Source: Guillardia theta CCMP2712 (Eukaryota; Protista; Cryptophyta). Taken from it: DNA of 64,000 bases. This document shows positions 60,646 to 64,000 of the stretch, piece by piece. The notes below the pieces were generated by a model. That model was not told the DNA's origin. It worked only from the letters and a program-made list of their open reading frames with translations, and searched no databases. The position numbers and the translations under genes are program-made. Each line of letters begins with the position of its first letter. Position 1 is the stretch's first letter. The stretch is taken from NCBI RefSeq assembly GCF_000315625.1, contig NW_005434645.1, forward strand, positions 656,451 through 720,450. The letters run 5' to 3'.

Positions 60646-63308
60646 GGCGCCGTTATTTTCGGCAGCATGGCTCCTTGCCAGGTGTAGGGGAAGCTGCCAG
60701 GGCGCCAAGGAAGCTGCAAGCGAGAGGTTTGTATACTTCAAATAGCTTTCTAAGTATGGTTCTTCAGTATGATGAAAATGTTCGCAACCTGCTGTATCGG
60801 AGATCATGCCAATACACGCAGAGCGGACTTGTGGATGCCTCTGTCCTCGAAGCTGATCTCGTCGAGAGGGTGAAGAGCTTCGCGAAGCGTTATCCGAACA
60901 GCAGGACAGCCCAGGCTTGCAAGGCTGTGGAGGGATGCACCCCCGACGCTATCGCAGAAGCCATCCGCTCGACATGTCAGCAGGCACGACGTGAGCTTCT
61001 GCAAGAAGCGATGGCTGGATGGAGTGACGCATCCAGAGAGTGGTTTATGCAGCAGATTGAAGAAGCCAAGAAGGAGAAGGTCGAGACATACACCGCCTCA
61101 GCAGGCAACGAGGTGACTTCCTTCATCTCCATGACTCTCCTGGGCATCTCCTCGGTGTATGTCAACCATGAAGAAAAGCTGAAGAAGAAATTTGAAGAGA
61201 TCGGACTGATCGTAGACTCAGTGCAAGAGAGTAAAGCAATCATGTGGAAGGCTCCGTATAGACCCGAGATACGGCGAGTGCTGAGGAGATCCCGGTGACT
61301 GTTTCCTTCCTCCGCAATGCACAAGCGGAGAAGCTCTGGCAGGGAAGAGAGGACTTCGCGATCGATGGTCGCAAGTTCACAGCTGTACATGTGAGCATCG
61401 TGCACGATCGATCTTTCAAGATTCGAGCCAAGAGAGGACCCTGGGGCAAAGGGGGCAGCTTGGCAGAGCTGACCCACCTGTTAACCTTGGGCGGCATGAC
61501 AACGGCTGAGATAGCTGCCGTCTATCGCTATCAGCTGCTGCGCCAGTCCCTTGCAGCGGTCCAACTCCAGCCGCTGGCAGGCATGCTGGTCGCTGGGGCG
61601 CCAGGACAGCAAGTCCACAAAGGCTTAGGTCAGAAAGGCTTCATCGCTGTAGGGGCCAACGTCATCTGGAGACAGAGGGAGGTGGAGTGGATCGTCTCCT
61701 CGAGCTGCCCAGAGGCGAATGATACAGCATTTCGAGCTTTCCGAGAGAGCGAAGCGATGGAGGGAGTACACCTGACTCTGTTCAGCGAGGACCCGAAGAT
61801 CAGAGAGGCGCTCGCAGTCGAGTTGACAGCTGATCGCTTTGTGTCCAGAAATAAGTTGAAGAAGGCATCAAGGATGCAGAAGAAGGCAGGCGGCAAGGAC
61901 GGCAAGGAGATCAAGATCATCATCAAGTCGACGGCGGCATCTGGTCGCTTCACGAGGAAGGAGATGGAGGGGCTGTGCAACGGCGGCAACACGTCTATCG
62001 CAAGAGTCAAGAGAGTCCTGTTGGAGATCGCTAACAGGCTCGAGATCAACGTTGAAGGCATCGACATGGAGGAGGATTGGAACACCAAGTCCTGGAACGG
62101 GTCCAAGCTATGCATCCTCCTCGGCTCCACGGAGGATGCTCGACGCATGATGAAGGAGCTGCCCTTCTATCTCGAAGGCGCAGCAACCAAGCTCGAAGCA
62201 GTCGGCTTCGACAAGGAGCCTGAGGCGGCTGGTCAGCGGGGCACCAGCGACGCAGCGCAGCGACAGGAGGAGAGCGAGGGAGAGTGGCTGGAGTTTACAG
62301 ACCTGGAGAGGATCACCATGGAGGCAGCATCTCCGTCAAGCCAAGAGGACATGCAGCTCGTCAGCGAGCTGTCAGCAGTCATCGAAGATGCAGCTTCTTT
62401 GAACGAGGCGGGGACGAGCGAGCCGATCAAGCTGGTCCTGGACAAGGCCGTTGGCAACCTCCACGACACGTTCTACTCTCCGGGGAGCCTGGAGTTCATG
62501 TCGCTGGGAGAGTGGGCGAAGATGCCAGAGGAGCAGGGAGTGGGGCGCAACGTTCTCAAGGAGAAGCTGGGGAAGTGGCTGCAGAGCAAGCGCTGGACTC
62601 GCGTGCAAGGAGAGAGCAAGAAGGCAAGGAGGGGCAGCGCGTTCTCGCCACGGGCAACGGCAGCTGCTGAGCTTGAGCAGGAGGCGGAGAGCGATGACAT
62701 AGAGCGTCGATCTCTTAGCTTCCTGTTCATAGCACTGAGTAAATTCGCAGAGATGCATGTGCTGGCCTGCTCGCTGAAGGTGGACAAGAAGGACCGACTG
62801 CGAGTGGAGATGAGGGAAGATGACGAAGAAGAGGAAGACATGGAGGAAGAGCAAGGCGAGGGCGAGGAAGAAGACAGGGCGAGCCCGTACCGAGCTTGAG
62901 CTGAGCTCAAGGTAAGGAGAGAAGGTAGGAGGCGACCGAAGGCCAAGGTGAGGAGAGGCAACTCTCCTGACTGAGGCTGAGGAAGCTGAATGGAGGAGGA
63001 GTAGGTAGCGACCGAAGGCCAAGGTGAGGAGAGGCAACTCTCCTGACTGAGGCTGAGGAAGCTGAATGGAGGTAGAGTAGGTGGCGACCGAAGGCCAAGG
63101 TGAGGAGAGGCAACTCTCCTGACTGAGGCTGAGGAAGCCAAGAGAAGACAGCAGAAGTAGAGAGTAGAAAGACGCCTCAGAAGCAGGGTTCGCATTGTAG
63201 GCCGTGTACTCCCAGTGCTCGAGCGCCTCTTTAGACTAGGATAAAATTGCATAAGCCCACAACGAGGCCGAGCAACATTCTAGCATTCTAATAAACTCAC
63301 ATAATAAT
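60646..63308 (+). mobile_element. Telomeric element, copy 2; ORF split by a 2-nt insertion near 61272; (AAT)2 tail
   Basis: ORFs 60675-61298 and 61295-62899 together equal the copy 1 ORF; gagata[cg]gcgagtg versus gagatagcgagtg. Confidence 0.85.
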
Positions 63309-63326
63309 AGGGTTTAGGGTTTAGGA

Positions 63327-64000
63327 GGCGCCGTTATTTTCGGCAGCATGGCTCCTTGCCAGGTGTAGGGGAAGCCGCCAGGGCGCCAAGGAAGCTGCAA
63401 GCGAGAGGTTTGTATACTTCAAATAGCTTTCTAAGTATGGTTCTTCAGTATGATGAAAATGTTCGCAACCTGCTGTATCGGAGATCATGCCAATACACGC
63501 AGAGCGGACTTGTGGATGCCTCTGTCCTCGAAGCTGATCTCGTCGAGAGGGTGAAGAGCTTCGCGAAGCGTTATCCGAACAGCAGGACAGCCCAGGCTTG
63601 CAAGGCTGTGGAGGGATGCACCCCCGACGCTATCGCAGAAGCCATCCGCTCGACATGTCAGCAGGCACGACGTGAGCTTCTCCAAGAAGCGATGGCTGGA
63701 TGGAGTGACGCATCCAGAGAGTGGTTTATGCAGCAGATTGAAGAAGCCAAGAAGGAGAAGGTCGAGACATACACCGCCTCAGCAGGCAACGAGGTGACTT
63801 CCTTCATCTCCATGACTCTCCTGGGCATCTCCTCGGTGTATGTCAACCATGAAGAAAAGCTGAAGAAGAAATTCGAAGAGATCGGACTGATCGTAGACTC
63901 AGTGCAAGAGAGTAAAGCAATCATGTGGAAGGCTCCGTATAGACCCGAGATAGCGAGTGCTGAGGAGATCCCGGTGACTGTTCCTCCTCCGCAATGCACA
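63327..64000 (+). mobile_element. Telomeric element, copy 3 (partial, runs off the window)
   Basis: Follows agggtttagggtttagga and has the same 5' end and ORF start. Confidence 0.85.

Overview
Eukaryotic, gene-dense, intron-rich DNA. Most introns are 45-55 nt GT-AG, some are expanded by microsatellites, and there are two N gaps. A plastid SRP54 with a bipartite signal+AF leader, the flagellar gene PF16 and TTTAGGG repeats point to a flagellated alga with a complex red plastid, probably a cryptophyte such as Guillardia (inference). Positions 1-54 kb hold about 17 genes: HMG-box, Kelch, PDZ/coiled-coil, WDR53, two inverted receptor tyrosine pseudokinases (one with a RING), an NTPase-RapZ_C-2H phosphoesterase fusion, SDHAF3, cpSRP54, a YwlE-type LMW phosphatase, FIH-like JmjC, a secreted Cys-rich protein, COX20, a membrane subtilase, an LRGG/zinc-knuckle protein and PF16/SPAG6. 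The last ~7.5 kb looks like a chromosome end. It is a head-to-tail array of a ~2.67-kb element with one RRM-like ORF1-type frame and no reverse transcriptase. Each copy ends in a variable (AAT)n tail joined at the same phase to AGGGTT telomeric sequence. The array also contains 5'-truncated mini-copies, telomere-capped broken copies and an 11-fold reiteration of the element's 5' 19 nt. This is the best candidate for an undescribed system: a HeT-A/SART-like, telomere-targeted, non-autonomous retroelement. Exon boundaries were read by eye and are approximate where stated.
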